Origin: Felis catus
Taxonomy: Eukaryota
Direction: 5' to 3'
DNA: 64,000 nt
Assembly: GCF_018350175.1 (NCBI RefSeq)
Contig: NC_058368.1
Location: forward strand, 204,478,001 to 204,542,000
Positions 13,177 to 26,390 of the stretch are shown here, piece after piece. The notes under the pieces are model-generated. The model ran no database searches. It had not been told where the DNA came from and worked only from the letters and a program-made list of their open reading frames with translations. The stretch's first letter is position 1, and every line of letters starts with the position of its first letter. A program made the position numbers and the translations under genes.

Positions 13177-15667
13177 GAATGAATGTATCTTTATCATGTA
13201 AAAAGTCATATGAAAATTATTAAATGTACTAAAATTCCATTTCATCCTCTTCTTGGATTGTATCTTATTTTAATAAATGATTCATCCTTTCCTTTAGATC
13301 ACCTGTGGCTGAAATGGTCAGCAGTGGCCATGCCTGCAGAAGTGGTTCCTGGCTCTTGTTTTTTGTTTTTTTGTTTTTTTTTTTTTTTTCTGCCCAACCT
13401 TACAAGTATTTGCCCTCTATTCTTTCCTTTCAAGTTCTTCTGCAGGCATTGCTAAGCAGATTGGTCCAAAATGAGTTTTCAGGGAAGTGACATTAGCATC
13501 ATGGTGGAATAAAAGATTTTCCTTTGTTTTTTGGCTGCCCTCTCAACAACGTTGATTCAACATCCATCCACAGACAAAAGTGGTTTGTGGGAGCTGTGGA
13601 AGGCAGCACCATACACCAAGGGACCCAGGCGAAGTCTTGCCCACCTATATGTGAGGTAATAGGCATACATACCTTGGTCCTGACTGTGGACCCTGCAATG
13701 GTCCATGAACCAGCTCCAGCCCCTCTCAGCTGTGGTCCTGAAGACCCTGGAGAACACTGTCTTACACAATCACCAACAGACAAAAAGAGCTTTTGTGGAA
13801 ATCTAGGTTTCTGAAGAAGTTCTACCATGACGTTGGAGAAGAAAAAAAAAAAGTTTGGATGCATTGGAGAGAGTAAGAAAACAGCTTGATTTTATCTTCA
13901 TCATCCCTCCCCTAAGCAAGCACAGCTTGGGGCCAAGATCTTGGCCTGTGATTTCTCTGGAGTGGGGGCAGGGAATGTGCATGTGAGTGAGCCCTGCCTG
14001 CCACACCACCCCAGCTATGCAGGATGCCCAGAAGGAGGCACTCTCCCTACTGTGGCAGCAAGAACAAGTTTTGGCTGGTGACTAGTGAGCATGCACACAA
14101 AGCCAGTTCAAATCAGCAAGCCAGAGACCATAAACTTGAGCTTTAGTGCCACCTTTGGGAAAACAAAAGAGAAACTCTCAGCACTAGGTCAGCACTAGGC
14201 GAGGTTCACTGTAGGATCCAGAGAAGGCATACTAACTTAAGAATTCTGCCACAATAGGGAGCAAAAAGCATGAAGCAGGTGTACCTTTAGCAGGTCTAAG
14301 AGAGATTAAGAATCTCTAGCACAGTTGACAAGGCACTTCTCCCAAAAACAGTTAGTAAAGACTGGAGAAAGTGATTGCCATTTCAATTGGGAAGACAGCA
14401 ATGCAAAACTTCAAGGAACATGAAAAATCAAGAAAACATGACACCACCAAAGGATCACACTAATCTTCCAGTAACAAATCCCATAGGCATGGAAATCTGT
14501 GATTTACCTGATTAAGAACTCAAAATTTTAAGGAAGGTCACTGAGCTATAAGAAAATAGACAATTCAAGGAAATCAGGAAAACAGTGTGTTATCAAATGA
14601 GAAGTTTAATAAAGAGATAAAAAACATAAAATGGAACAAAACAAATTCTGGAGGTAAAGAGTACAGGGAGTAAAATTTTAAAAAATGCAACAGAGAGCAG
14701 CACCAACAGCAGAATGAATCAAGCAGAATAAAGAATCTGTGAGGTAGAAAACAGGAGGAGAAATTCAGAGGAGAACAAAAAAGAACAAAGGAAGAATGAA
14801 GGTGTGAAGAAACTTTCTCTTGATAGAAGAGAAGCAATCTGCAAATTATTGGAGAATCAGAAGAAGGGGAAGAAAGTTAATTGAAAGAAATAATGACTGG
14901 ACTCCCAAATCTGAAGGAGGGATTTGTCCATCCAAGTTCAGGAAGTTCATAGGACCCCAAACAAATTCAACCTACAAAGTTTTTCTCCAAGATGCATTTG
15001 AATAAAGATGTCAAAAATCAAAGACAAAGAGAGAATCATAAAAGTAGTAAGGGAAATAAAACATCACTTACAAGAGAAGTCTGGTAGGCTATCAGCAGAT
15101 TTCCCAGCAGAAATGTTAGAGGTTAGGAGAGAGTGGAATGATACTATTCAAGGTTCTGAAAGAAAAATCTGCCAATCAAGAATACTCCATCTGGTAAAGT
15201 TAACCTTCAGAAATGAGAGAGAAAGATATTCCCAGATAAACAAAAGCTGAGACCAGACTCATGGCCGTTCGTTGCCATGAGACCTGCTTTACAAGAAATG
15301 CTGAAAGGAGTTCTGTAAACTGAAATGCAAGGGCACTAATGAATAACATGAAAAATATGAAAATATACACAAATACATGGTCAAATTCAGAATACTCAAA
15401 CTGTAATATGGTGGTATGTTAACCCCTTACTCTAGTATAAAGGCTAAGCATATTAAAAATAGCTATAGCTACGATACAGGTATGCCTCAGAGATATTGCA
15501 GTTTTAGGTCCAGACCACCATGATAAGGCAAATATCACAAAGTGACTCAAATGAATTTTTTGGTTTCCCAGTGCATATATAAACTTATGTTTACACTATA
15601 CTGTAGTCTATTAACTATGCAATAGCATTCTAATATATATATCTTAATTTAAAAATACTTTATTGGA

Positions 15668-15850
15668 GGGGGAACCAGGATGGCTCAGTTGGTTAAGTGT
15701 CCAACTTAAGCTCAGGTCATGATCTCATGGTTCCTGAGTTCAAGCTCCACATTGGGCTCCACCCTGGTGTTGGGGAGCCTGTTTAGGATTCTCTCTCTCC
15801 CTCTCTCTCAGCCCCTCCCCTTCCCTCAAAATAAATAAATAGACTTAAAA
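15668..15850 (+). mobile_element. CAN-SINE inside Tigger
   Basis: SINEC head and tail; flanking repeat aaaaatactttatt. Confidence 0.85.
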
Positions 15851-15862
15851 AATACTTTATTA

Positions 15863-15987
15863 GTGCGCCTGGGTGGCTCAGTCAGTTAAGCATCTGACTC
15901 TTGATTTCAGCTCAGGTTATGACCTCTTGGTTCATGGGATGGAGCCCTGCGTTGGGCTCTGCACTGACAGTGTGGAACCTGCTTTGG

Positions 15988-16029
<42 letters not shown>

Positions 16030-16082
16030 CTTCCCCCACTTGTGCTCTATCTCAAACTAAAAAAAAAACCAAAAAAAAAAAA
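15863..16082 (+). mobile_element. CAN-SINE inside Tigger
   Basis: SINEC head, (CT)n tract, poly-A. Confidence 0.88.
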
Positions 16083-16731
16083 TTCATTGTTAAAAATGCT
16101 AACCATCATCTGAACTTTCAGCAAGTCATAATAACTGATCATAGGTCACCATAACAAATAATAATGAAAAAGTTTGGAATATTGTGAAGATTGCCATAAT
16201 ATGACAGGGGCAAATGTTGTTTGAAAAATGGCACCAATTAGACTCGCTCAAGGCAGGGTTGCCACAAATCTTCAATTTGTAAAAAACACAGTATCCGTGA
16301 AGTACAATAAAGCGAAGTGCAACAAAACGAGGCATGGCTGTAATTTGTTAATGAATACACAGCATACAAAGTGGTAAGTTGTGACCTCAAAAACATAAAA
16401 CAGGGAAGTAAGTGGGTAGGGTTTTTGTATGTGAATAAAGTTCACTTGTTCTTAGCATAAAATATGGATATAGCTATAAGATGTCTTGCATAAGTCTCAT
16501 GGTAACCAGAAAGCAAAAATCCATAGATTTCACAAAAGAGGAAGAAAAAGGAATCAAAGCATACCACTACAGAAGGTCATCAATTCATGAAGGAAGGCAG
16601 CAAGCAAGAAAGATGGGAACAAGGGAAATACAAGAAAGCCAGAAAGCAATGAATAAGATTGCTTTAGTAAGTCCTTCCCTATCAATAATTACTTATGTAA
16701 ATGGATTAAATTCTCCAATCAAAAGGTATAG

Positions 16732-16945
16732 AGGGGTACCTGGGTGGCTCAATCTGTTAAGCATCTGATGTCGGCTCAGCAAATCATCTCGAGGCTCCTG
16801 AGTTTGAGCCCCACATAGGACTCTTTGCTGTCAGCACAGAGCTTGCTTCAGATTTTCTGTCTCCTCCTCTCTCTGACCCTCCACCACAAGTGTGCACGCG
16901 CTTTCACTCTCTCTCAAAAATAAATATACATTAAAAAAAAAAAAA
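16732..16945 (+). mobile_element. CAN-SINE inside L1
   Basis: TSD aaaaggtatagag. Confidence 0.88.
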
Positions 16946-17874
16946 GGTATAGAGAGGTTGGATGAATAAAAATATAAGACCCAACTCTATACTGCCTGCC
17001 AAAGAGTCTCTTCAACTTTAAAGACACACATAAGCTCAAAGTGCAGGCTAGAAAAAGATACTCCATGCAAGTGGAACCAGAAGAGAGCAGGACTAGCTAT
17101 GCTTACATCAGACGAAATAGACTTTGAGCTAAGTGGTAACAAGAGACAAAGAGGGTCAATATATAATCATAAAGGGTCAATTCATCAGGAAGATACAACA
17201 ATTGTATGTTATATATATATATATATATATATATACGTATATATATCTCCAACATATATATCTCCAACATCAAGCACCTAAATATATTAATCAAATACTA
17301 ACAGATCTGAAGAGAGATAGACAGCAATTCAGTGAGAGTAGGGGACTTAAATACTCCATTTTTAACAATGGATAGATCATCCATACTGAAAATCACTACA
17401 GAAACATTAGACTTGAACTACATTGTAGACCAAATAGACCTTATTGACATATGCAGAATATTCAATCCAACACATTCTTCTCAAGCACATGTGATGTATT
17501 TTGGATACACCAAAATACAAGATCTATACCAAGCATAGACCATATGATAGGTTACAAAACAAGTCTTAGCAAATTTAAGAAGATTGAAATCATACTAAAT
17601 ATCTTTCCCAACCACATGCTATGAAACTAGAAATCAATAACAGGATGAAAACGGGAAACTTACCAAATATGTGGAAATTAAACATTCCACAGCTAAACAA
17701 CCAACACATCAAAGAAGATATTAAAAGGGAAATTAAAAAAAAAAATCTTGAAACAAAAATTAAACACAGCACACCAAAATTTGTAGGATGCAGCAAAAGC
17801 AGTTCTGAGGGAAGTTTTTTCTTTTTCTTTTTTTTTTTAATTTATAAAGAGATGGAAACCAAGAAACAGACTCT

Positions 17875-18085
17875 CTCTTTTTGTTAAGTTTATTTATTTA
17901 TTCTGAGAGAGAGAGAGATTGCGCATGCCTGAGTGCAAGCTGGGAAGGAGCAGAGGGAGGGAGAGAGAGAATCCTAAGCAGACTCCATACTCAGTGCAGA
18001 GCCTGATGCGGGGCTCAATCCCAGGAACCACCCGAGCCGAAATCAAGAGTCAGACACTTAACCAACTGAGCCACCCAGACATCCC
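17875..18085 (-). mobile_element. CAN-SINE inside L1
   Basis: Reverse SINEC body and T-rich tail. Confidence 0.85.
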
Positions 18086-18292
18086 ATATTAGGGGAAGTT
18101 TACAGTGACAAATAAACTTATACATTAATAAAAGATAAATCTATCAAATAAGCAATCTAACTCATATCTTAAGGAACTCAAAGAACAAACTAAGCCCATG
18201 CTAGCAAAGGAAGGAAGTAACAAACAGAGCAGAAAGAATGAAATAGAGACCAGAAAAACAACAAAAGGAATCAACGAAATTGAGAGCAGATT

Positions 18293-18493
18293 TTGTTTTT
18301 AACTTTTTATTTATTTTTGAGAGACAGCATGAATAGGAGAGGGGCAGAGAGAGAGGGAGACACAGAACCTGAAGCAGACTCCAGGCTCTGCACTGTCAGC
18401 ACAGAGCCCGACACTGGGCTCAAACCCACGAGCTCTGAATCATGACCTGAGCCTAAGTCGGATGCCCAACCGAATGAGCCACCCAGGTGCCCG
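18293..18493 (-). mobile_element. CAN-SINE inside L1
   Basis: TSD tgagagcagattttgttttt. Confidence 0.9.
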
Positions 18494-20489
18494 ATGAGAG
18501 CAGATTTTGTTTTTAAAGTTAAACAAAATTGACAAACTTTTAGCTAGATTAACCAAGAAAAAAAGAACACTCAAATAAATAAAACCAGAAATGAAAAGGA
18601 AACATTATAATGAATACCACAGAATACAAAGGATCATAAAAAATTACTGTGAAGAGTTGTATGCCAATATATTGGATAAACTAGAAGAAATGGATAAATT
18701 CCTAGACACATAAAGTTTACCAAGACTGAATTAGGAAGTTAAAAATTTGAACAAATAATGAGTAGGGACATGGAATCAGTAATCAAAAACCTCTCAACAA
18801 AGAAAAGCCCAAGACCAGATGGTTCACTGGTGAATTCTACCAAATGTTTAAGAAGATTTAACATAAATCCTTCTCACTCTTTCAAAAAAAAAAAAAAAAT
18901 TGAAAAGGAGGGAACATTCCCAAACTCACTTTAAGAGGTCAGTATTACCCTGACACCAAAGCCAGATAAGAACAATATGAGAAAACTACAGGCCAATATT
19001 CCTGATAAATCAGATGCAAAAATTCTCAACAAAATTCTAGCAAACGGAATTCAACAGCACATTAAGAGGATCATACACCATGATCAAGTGGGATTTATCC
19101 CTGGGATACAAGGATGGCTCAATATACACAAATTAATAAATGTAATATACCACATTAATTGAATGGAAGGTAAAAATTATTATAATCTTAGGAGATTCAG
19201 AAAAAGCATGTGAGAAAAATACTTTCATGATAAAAACTGCTAACAAATTGGGTGTAGAAGGAACATACCTCAACATAATAAAGGCCACATATGACAAGCC
19301 CATGCCAATATGATAATGGTGAAAGTTTGAAACCTTTTACTGTAAGATCAGGAAGAAGACAGGGTGCTCACTCCTACCACTCATATTAACATAGTAGTGG
19401 AAGTCCTAGCCAGAATAATCAGGCAAGAGAAAGAAATAAAGGGCATCTAAATATGAAAGGAAGAATAAAACTGTCTTTGTTTACAGATGATTATATATAT
19501 ATGTGTGTGTATATATACATATATATGTAATGTTATAAACATATATAATATAAAATAAATATATAAATATTATATATGTGTCATGTCTAAAGAAAAGCAC
19601 GTTCAGAAGAATGAAATGGGATCCCTATCTTACACCCCTCACAAAAATTAACTCGAAATGGATGAAAGACTTAAACATAAGACCTGAAACCTTAAAACTT
19701 CCAGAAGAAAATAGGAAAAGCTATAGGGGAAAATCTTAACTTTGGTCTTGTCAATGATTTTTTGGATATGGCACCAGAAGCACAAGTAACAAAAGCAAAA
19801 ATTAGTAAGTAGGAGTATATCTGATAAAAGGCTTCTGCATAGCCAAGGAAACAACCAACAAAATGAAAGGTAACCTACAGAATCTAAGAAAATATTAGCA
19901 AATTATAGGTCTTATAAGGGGATAATATCCAAATATATAAAGAACTCTTACAACACAATGGAAAAAAAAAAACTCATTAAAAAATGTTCATAGGAACTGA
20001 ACAAGAAGACATACAAATGGCCAATAGGTGCACGAAAAGAGACTCCATTATTAATCGTCAGGGAAATGCAAACCAAACCACAATGAGATACTGCCTTACA
20101 GCTCTTAGAGTGGCTGTCATCAGAAAACAAGAGATAAGTGTTACTAAGGATGTGGATGTGCACTCGTGGTGGGAATGTAAATTAGTACAGCCATTATAAA
20201 AAATGGTATGGAGATTTCTAAAAAAATTAGAACTAGAACTATCATATGATTTATCAATCTCACTTCCGGGTATACATCCAAAGCAAATGAAATCAGGACC
20301 TCAAAAAGATATCCGCACTCCCATGTTCATTGCAGCATTGTTCACAATAGCCAAGATATGGAAATAACTTAAGTGTCCTTCAAAAGGTGAGTGGATAAGA
20401 TATGGTGTGTGCGTGTCATATATGAATCAGCCATGAAAAAGAAGGAAATCCTGCCATTTGCAACAACATAGATGGAACTTAAGGGCATT

Positions 20490-20709
20490 ATATTATTTCT
20501 AAAGTATTTTTTAATGTTTATTTTTGAGACAGAGAGGGCGCAAGTGGGGGAAGGGAAGGGAGAGAGGGAGGGAGAGAGAGAGAGAATATGAGAAGTAGGT
20601 TCCCAGTCAACAGGAAGCAGCCCAATGCTGGGCCCAAACTCCTGAACCGTGAGATCATGACTTGAGCCAAAGTTGGACACTTAACCAACTGAGCCACTCA
20701 GGAGCCCCA
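20490..20709 (-). mobile_element. CAN-SINE inside L1
   Basis: Reverse SINEC body. Confidence 0.85.
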
Positions 20710-21197
20710 TGAGGACATTATATAAGAGAAATAAGTCAGGTGGAGAAGATAAATATTGTTTGGTAGATTCTACATGTAGAATCTAAAAAAGATAGACACA
20801 GAGTAGAATGGTGGTTGCTAGGGCCTGGGGGGGGGGGGGGGGGCAGGGAGAAATACAGAGATGTCAGTGAAAAGGTACAAGTGTCCAGTTAGAAATGAAA
20901 AAGTTCTGGGAATCTAATCTACAGCATGGTGACTATAGTCAACAACACTACATTGTGTACTGAAAGTTGCTAAGAGAGTAAATCTTAAATGTTCTCACCA
21001 CGAAAAAGAAATGGTAATCATACAAGGTAATGGAACTGTTAATTGAGGCTATGGTAATAATCATTTTGCAATATATGTCAAATCAATACCTTGTACACCT
21101 TAAACTGACACAATGTTATATGTCAATTACAGCTCAGTAAAGCTGGAAAAACCCAAACAAAATGAGTTTTCAATTCCACTTTTTTGGGGGGAAGGCA

Positions 21198-21216
21198 GCA
21201 TCGCCTCCTAGTGGCT
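21198..21216 (-). promoter_or_regulatory. CTCF-like motif
   Basis: Minus strand agCCACTAGGAGGCGatgc, a near match to the CTCF core CCACYAGRKGGCR. Confidence 0.5.
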
Positions 21217-21323
21217 GTATCAAGAATGGCAACGTTGATCAATCTTCAGGACTGCGTAGCATTAGGCCCCTGCAAGTCCCAGGTTCTCCAGGGAACCAGG
21301 AGGTCCTGCTTGAAGCCCTGCGT

Positions 21324-21343
21324 GCTGCTGCCCCCTAGTGGTG
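21324..21343 (-). promoter_or_regulatory. CTCF motif
   Basis: Minus strand caCCACTAGGGGGCAGCagc, a consensus CTCF core. Confidence 0.7.
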
Positions 21344-21943
21344 AGTGAGCAGGCACAGGCCTCACAGCTTTTCTCTAAGGCTGGAGGGGATGCGAAACTT
21401 CCAGGCAGAAAGTTAGCAAACGTTGAAATTGGCTGGGCTGTTGAAACCAGCTACAGTCCACCATCCTCCCTTCAAACCTCGGGAGATGTTGGAGTCAGGC
21501 AGGAGGAATCGTCAGGGCCTGCACTGGGAAGAGGGCTAAGATGTGGTTCTTCGGTGGAGCTGCAGGATCTGTCGGTGCCATTCCCCTACTTGTGTGTATG
21601 CAAAATGAACACGACTCGGAAAGAGGACGGAGCGCATCTGCTCGCAGTGACCCAGGGCCAAATGGTCTTTTTCTTTTTTTTCCAAATGAATTCAGGTGAC
21701 TGTTGGTTTGCGGGGGCGGGTGTCTCTAACGGATCAAAAGTGACACGTGCGTCACACTCTAGTTCGCCTTTCAATTCTACAGGTGTTTTGGTTGTTTTAG
21801 TTTGGGGTTGTTTGTTTGTTTTTGCTTCCCAGCCCTAGGTTTTGAAAGAGGACTTCCACTACCCCCATTTTGACCCCAGTCTGTACTTTCTAATTGATTA
21901 AGTTCTTCTTTCCAGCGTATCTCTTAACTTAGACAAAAGACCC

Positions 21944-22310
21944 TGTGGACAGAGCATCGTGTGATGGGAACCGAAATTACCCCTTCAAGCAATAAGCACC
22001 GCCCTGTGCCAGCAAGACCCTGTGATCGATCCCAAGATGATGACCGATCTGACCTTTACTGCCCACCTGCACATACCCAGCAACTTTGTCTCACATTTTC
22101 CTTATATAAACCTAGAAGTATTTCCAGCACCTTGGACAGGCTGTGTGACATTAGTCCACTGTTGTCCCAGTGCTGGCCTCACTGAAATACATTCCTTTCT
22201 TGTTTCACCACCGCTGGTCTCTCTGCCTTTGGATTTTGTCAGTGTGGCCAAACCTGGTCTGTTTGGGGCCCCTGAGCCAGGTGCTCTTGCACCCCTGTAC
22301 CCCGCTTACG
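21944..22310 (+). mobile_element. Probable solo LTR or LTR fragment
   Basis: LTR-like layout: TATATAAA at about 22104, AATACA-type poly(A) signal at about 22187, U5-like pyrimidine tract. Family not determined. Confidence 0.5.
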
Positions 22311-22476
22311 GTTTCCTTCTCTCCCATTTTTTTTTTCACCTTATTTTTCTCCCTCGATTCACCTGCTCTGATAGCTCTAAGCCTCGGTGCCATCTTCTTT
22401 TCCAAGTCTAGAACCAAGACTCGTGTAGCCTTGAAGGGTTGTAGCATAAATGCAGGTGTATTCAAGATGAGCCCAT

Positions 22477-22610
22477 GGAGGCGCCTGGGTGGCTGAGTCA
22501 GTTAAGTGTCTGACTCTTGATTTTGGCTCAGGTCATGATCTATCTTATGGAGCCCCCCTCACCCCCCCCCCATCATGCTCCATGCTAACAGCACAAAACC
22601 TGCTTAGGAT

Positions 22611-22641
<31 letters not shown>

Positions 22642-22710
22642 CCTGCCCCACTTGTGCATGCACACTTCTTCTCTCTCAAAATAAACTTTAAATATTTAAA
22701 AAAATAATAA
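22477..22710 (+). mobile_element. CAN-SINE
   Basis: TSD atgagcccat. Confidence 0.88.
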
Positions 22711-23379
22711 AATGAGCCCATATTCTTCCCTGTTCTCTTTATCATTTCTCTCTGCCCCTCACAGATACACCTGAGTCCACTGTTATGGAAAAAGAATGGA
22801 TTCCATGATATAAATGCCATTTACAGTGATGTAAATGGAGAGACATGACCAACAGACCAATGGAACATAATATTGAGCCTAAAAACAGCTCTGCACAATC
22901 TGGACACCACATGTCTCATAGACTAGAAACAGCACTATTTGTGAGACATACCCTGATTCCCAATATGTTAAAATAAGAAAAATTTTAGAGTTCCTCTGCA
23001 TATAATCAATGCCTAATCTATGGCACTCCCAGTCCCTCCCAGTTCCTACCCCCCCCCCACCTTCACACCCTAATTGCTTTCATGAATGGATGTTCTTTTC
23101 ACACCACTTGAGCTCAGAACCTCTCCCAGTGGGCAGGTAGCCTTTAAGCCAGGCCTTAATGATCACTATCTCCTAGTATTCATGTCTGTCTTTTCATCTT
23201 CTGTTGAGGTGGGCTGGACCTGGTGATTTTCTTCCAAATATAGCTGGGTAGATTCAAAAGCTGAGTCAGTCTCTGCTGAAGCTGAGAGCTGGAGGTTTGT
23301 CAGATAGCTATGCTCCTCACAGCTGGGCATCGAGTCTTTTTATTCAGGGGAGAACTGAACAGTAAGTATCAAACTCATC

Positions 23380-24715
23380 AAATATACCAGAAAACCAGTG
23401 TTCATACTGATACTTAAAACTAACCAAACTGGGCGCCCTGGTGGCTCAGTCAGTTAAGCATCCGACTTTAACTCAGGTCATGATCTCACACTCCGTGAGT
23501 TCGAGCCCCGTGTCGGGCTCTGTGCTGACAGCTCACAGCCTGGAACCTGCTTCAGATTCTGTGTCTCCCTCTCTCTCTGCCTCTCCCCTGCTCATGCTCT
23601 TTCTCTGTCTCAAAAATAAATAAAAACATTAAAAACTAACAGAACTATAAACTATATAAACTATATATAAACTAACAGAACATTTATTAATCACCATTGG
23701 ATGTTGCTATGACATACCTTTTCTCTGCAAATTGATAAAGGAAAAGAATTAAGCATTTATTCAGTCATTGCCATATGAATTGCATCTTAGTCTAAGAAAA
23801 CAATTAGTAAGAGAAAGTACATATTTATAGTAGACATCTATTAATACATGAAGGTGAAAGATAGGATGAAGTAATCATCATTTTGTAACACGTCCCCAAC
23901 CCCCATGATATAATAGATCTAGGTAATAATCATTAACAGATGCTAATGCCACTAATTAACACATTAATGGGAGAATATGTAACTGAGGGATCAAACATAT
24001 ATCGCCTAAATCCAGCTATAATTCTTAATCTCACTGTAAGATATTATGTACCTTTTGATTAACAGGTAAACGGCATCACTTATGAAGTATTTTTGCCTAT
24101 AAAATTCAAACTAAATCTAACAAATATCAAGATCTTATGTTCTCAGAGTTATGAATAATAAAAGAACAATTAACACCGGAAGATATCAGTCAAATCCAGG
24201 AAGTGGAAAATTCTACAGGATAAATTACCTACATTTTCAACAATAAAAGGCCAGAAAAAAGGCCTTGGTAAATTGCCACAAATAAAAAATATTTATGAGG
24301 CAAATCAACTACATGTGTTGTAATGTGTGGATCTTCTTTGAATCCCGATTTAAAGAAATCAAGTGAAAAAAGGACATTTTTAAGACTGGGGGCAATTTGA
24401 ACACATGCTGATTATATAATACTAAAATTATTGTTAGAACTATAAAATGTAATAGTAGCAACACGATTATGAAGAAAGTCCTGGTGTATTTTAGATAGAT
24501 GCCGTAGTAGTGACAGAGTGAATGATACGATGTCTATTATTTGCTTTAGAATACTCCGGGGGAAAAATGTGAGGGACAGGTGAAATAAGATTGCCAAACG
24601 TTGAAAAACAGTTAAAACCTGGTTGACGGATACATTAAGGTTCATTAAACTATTTTTCTCCATGGGTATATTTGGATTTCTCCATAATAAACATTTAAAA
24701 TGAAATTTTTAAACT
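23380..24715 (+). mobile_element. Ancient L1 (L1MC/L1ME-like) 3' fragment
   Basis: AT-rich degenerate L1 3'UTR (caaatccaggaagtggaaaattctacaggataaa ... ggatacattaaggttcatta ... tttctccataataaa). Confidence 0.55.
23430..23635 (+). mobile_element. CAN-SINE
   Basis: SINEC head and poly-A; flanking repeat aaaactaac. Confidence 0.9.
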
Positions 24716-25859
24716 TAGAACCATATCAAAAGGTGTCCCAGATATATAAATATAAGTAATTGAAAACTTGATGACACAGTTTATCTGTGTGTATGTAAAA
24801 GATACATTCCAAATATGTTTAAAAATTGGTTGACCTCCCAATGTCAGATTCAGCAAATCTCTAACATGAGATGCACATACTATTCATCTGAATTCGAAAG
24901 GGAGGTCAATGTTTACAAGCCAGTATGAGAGCCCAGATACCTCTTTGTTCCGGCCCTGAGATATTATCATGCATTTTGCCATTGTACCTTGTTGGTAATG
25001 GATGCGGAGCAGAAGGACGCCATTGTTGGTTCTCTCTGTAGCGACTTCTTTCTGGTGCACCCGTAACATGGGCCAGCTATGCCTTCCTTCTCCCTTGGAT
25101 TTCAGCAGTCACTGGGTTCAGACAATTCTGACTTGGCCTCCCCCTTCTAAGAACCCAGGCTGTGTATCTTTGTTCTGATCTTCACCTCAGCTATGAGAAT
25201 CCGAAATTGCTCCCATAAACCTTTCAACTAGCTACAGCTTTCAATCTGCCATCTTCACTGTCTATTGTTCGATTTTTCTGTTTTGTTATTTCTCATTTAT
25301 TATTCTACTGTAGCCTATTTTTTTCCCCCTGCGATTAAACAAACAAGACAAGTCTCACTTTAAAGGGAGGTATCATGTTTGGAATATACGTCTGGTGATG
25401 CTCACAGCATTGGCTGTGTTCTCTTGACTGTGTCTTTGCTCTCTCCCTAGAATGTAGGGTCTGAAAGCTACAGCCGGTTGTCTTTGTGTTGGGTGGCTCC
25501 CCTTACAGCACCCGGAACACAGAAGGATATCAAAATTTGCTTCCTAAGTGTTGGGGATAACTAGACTTTATTACAGTAAGATGAATATCTAGTTGAGGAA
25601 ACCTATAATGTATCTACAGATGCTTTTGTCAACAGGTTGTTAGACACAGATGAAGAGGAATGTATTACAATGCAATACACCATAGACATGATATACTAAG
25701 GAAAAACATAATCCATTTAGAGAAAGACAATTCCCCCAGAGGCAGTATTTAGCATTTGTTCTCATTAAGATTATAATTCTACCCATGGTAATATTGAGAA
25801 TGATGATAATCACAGTAATAATTGAGCAAATTAAATTCATGGACGTGCACACTTGCACT

Positions 25860-26040
25860 GCTCCAGCCACCTTGTAAGGAGAGGTGATTTGTCCCCATTT
25901 CACAGATGACAAAAGGAGGCCTAGAGAGGTGAGATAATCTGCTGAGGAGAACTTCCCCTTCACCCAAGCCGTCCAGTTTCTGCAGCTTCTGGGAGAAACA
26001 CTGGTCCAAACACAGTCTGAGGTCCTTGGAATTGAGCAAT
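25860..26040 (-). mobile_element. MIR
   Basis: Reverse MIR core ccccatttcacagatgacaaaaggaggcctagagaggtga. Confidence 0.65.
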
Positions 26041-26390
26041 CACCAGGAGAAGGCAACACTGGGAAGTGAAAGTCCAATGTAAGAACTGGCTCACCACCCT
26101 TGCAACCTCCTTCGCGTCACAAATTCCCTTGTCACTCCTCCCATTCGGAGTGTTCAGCCTGGAAACCTAGGTTTCTGTGTCCATTCCAACACTACAAACC
26201 AGTGTCCCCCCCCCCCCCCCCAGTTTTCTTTTCTCAGGTGCACTAGTCCTTTGTATTGTCAAACCCACTTCAATCTACCACGAAGAGAATTTGACCCTGG
26301 ATAATTTCATCCAAGGTGACTGGGTTTTGTATGAATATCATTAGGTCTTTTGATGCAATTATCTGGTGTGAGCTGAGTGCACCACCACCC

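Larger units (their letters stand above)
15477..16340 (-). mobile_element. Tigger1-derived non-autonomous DNA transposon (internal deletion) carrying two SINEs
   Basis: Terminal inverted repeats caggtatgcctc...gaggcatggctg with TA on both sides. Both ends match Tigger1 subterminal sequence. Confidence 0.88.
13495..21150 (+). mobile_element. Older, near full-length LINE-1 (L1MA/L1MB-like), heavily disrupted
   Basis: ORF1 remnants (KIKDKERIIKVVRE, RLSADFPAEMLEVRREWND), ORF2 remnants ([35 protein letters not shown]), and a 3' end ...gtcaattacagctcagtaaagctggaaaaa. Confidence 0.88.

Noticed and set aside
21338..21838. 166-aa ORF
   Set aside because: GTG start, crosses T runs, no recognisable domain.
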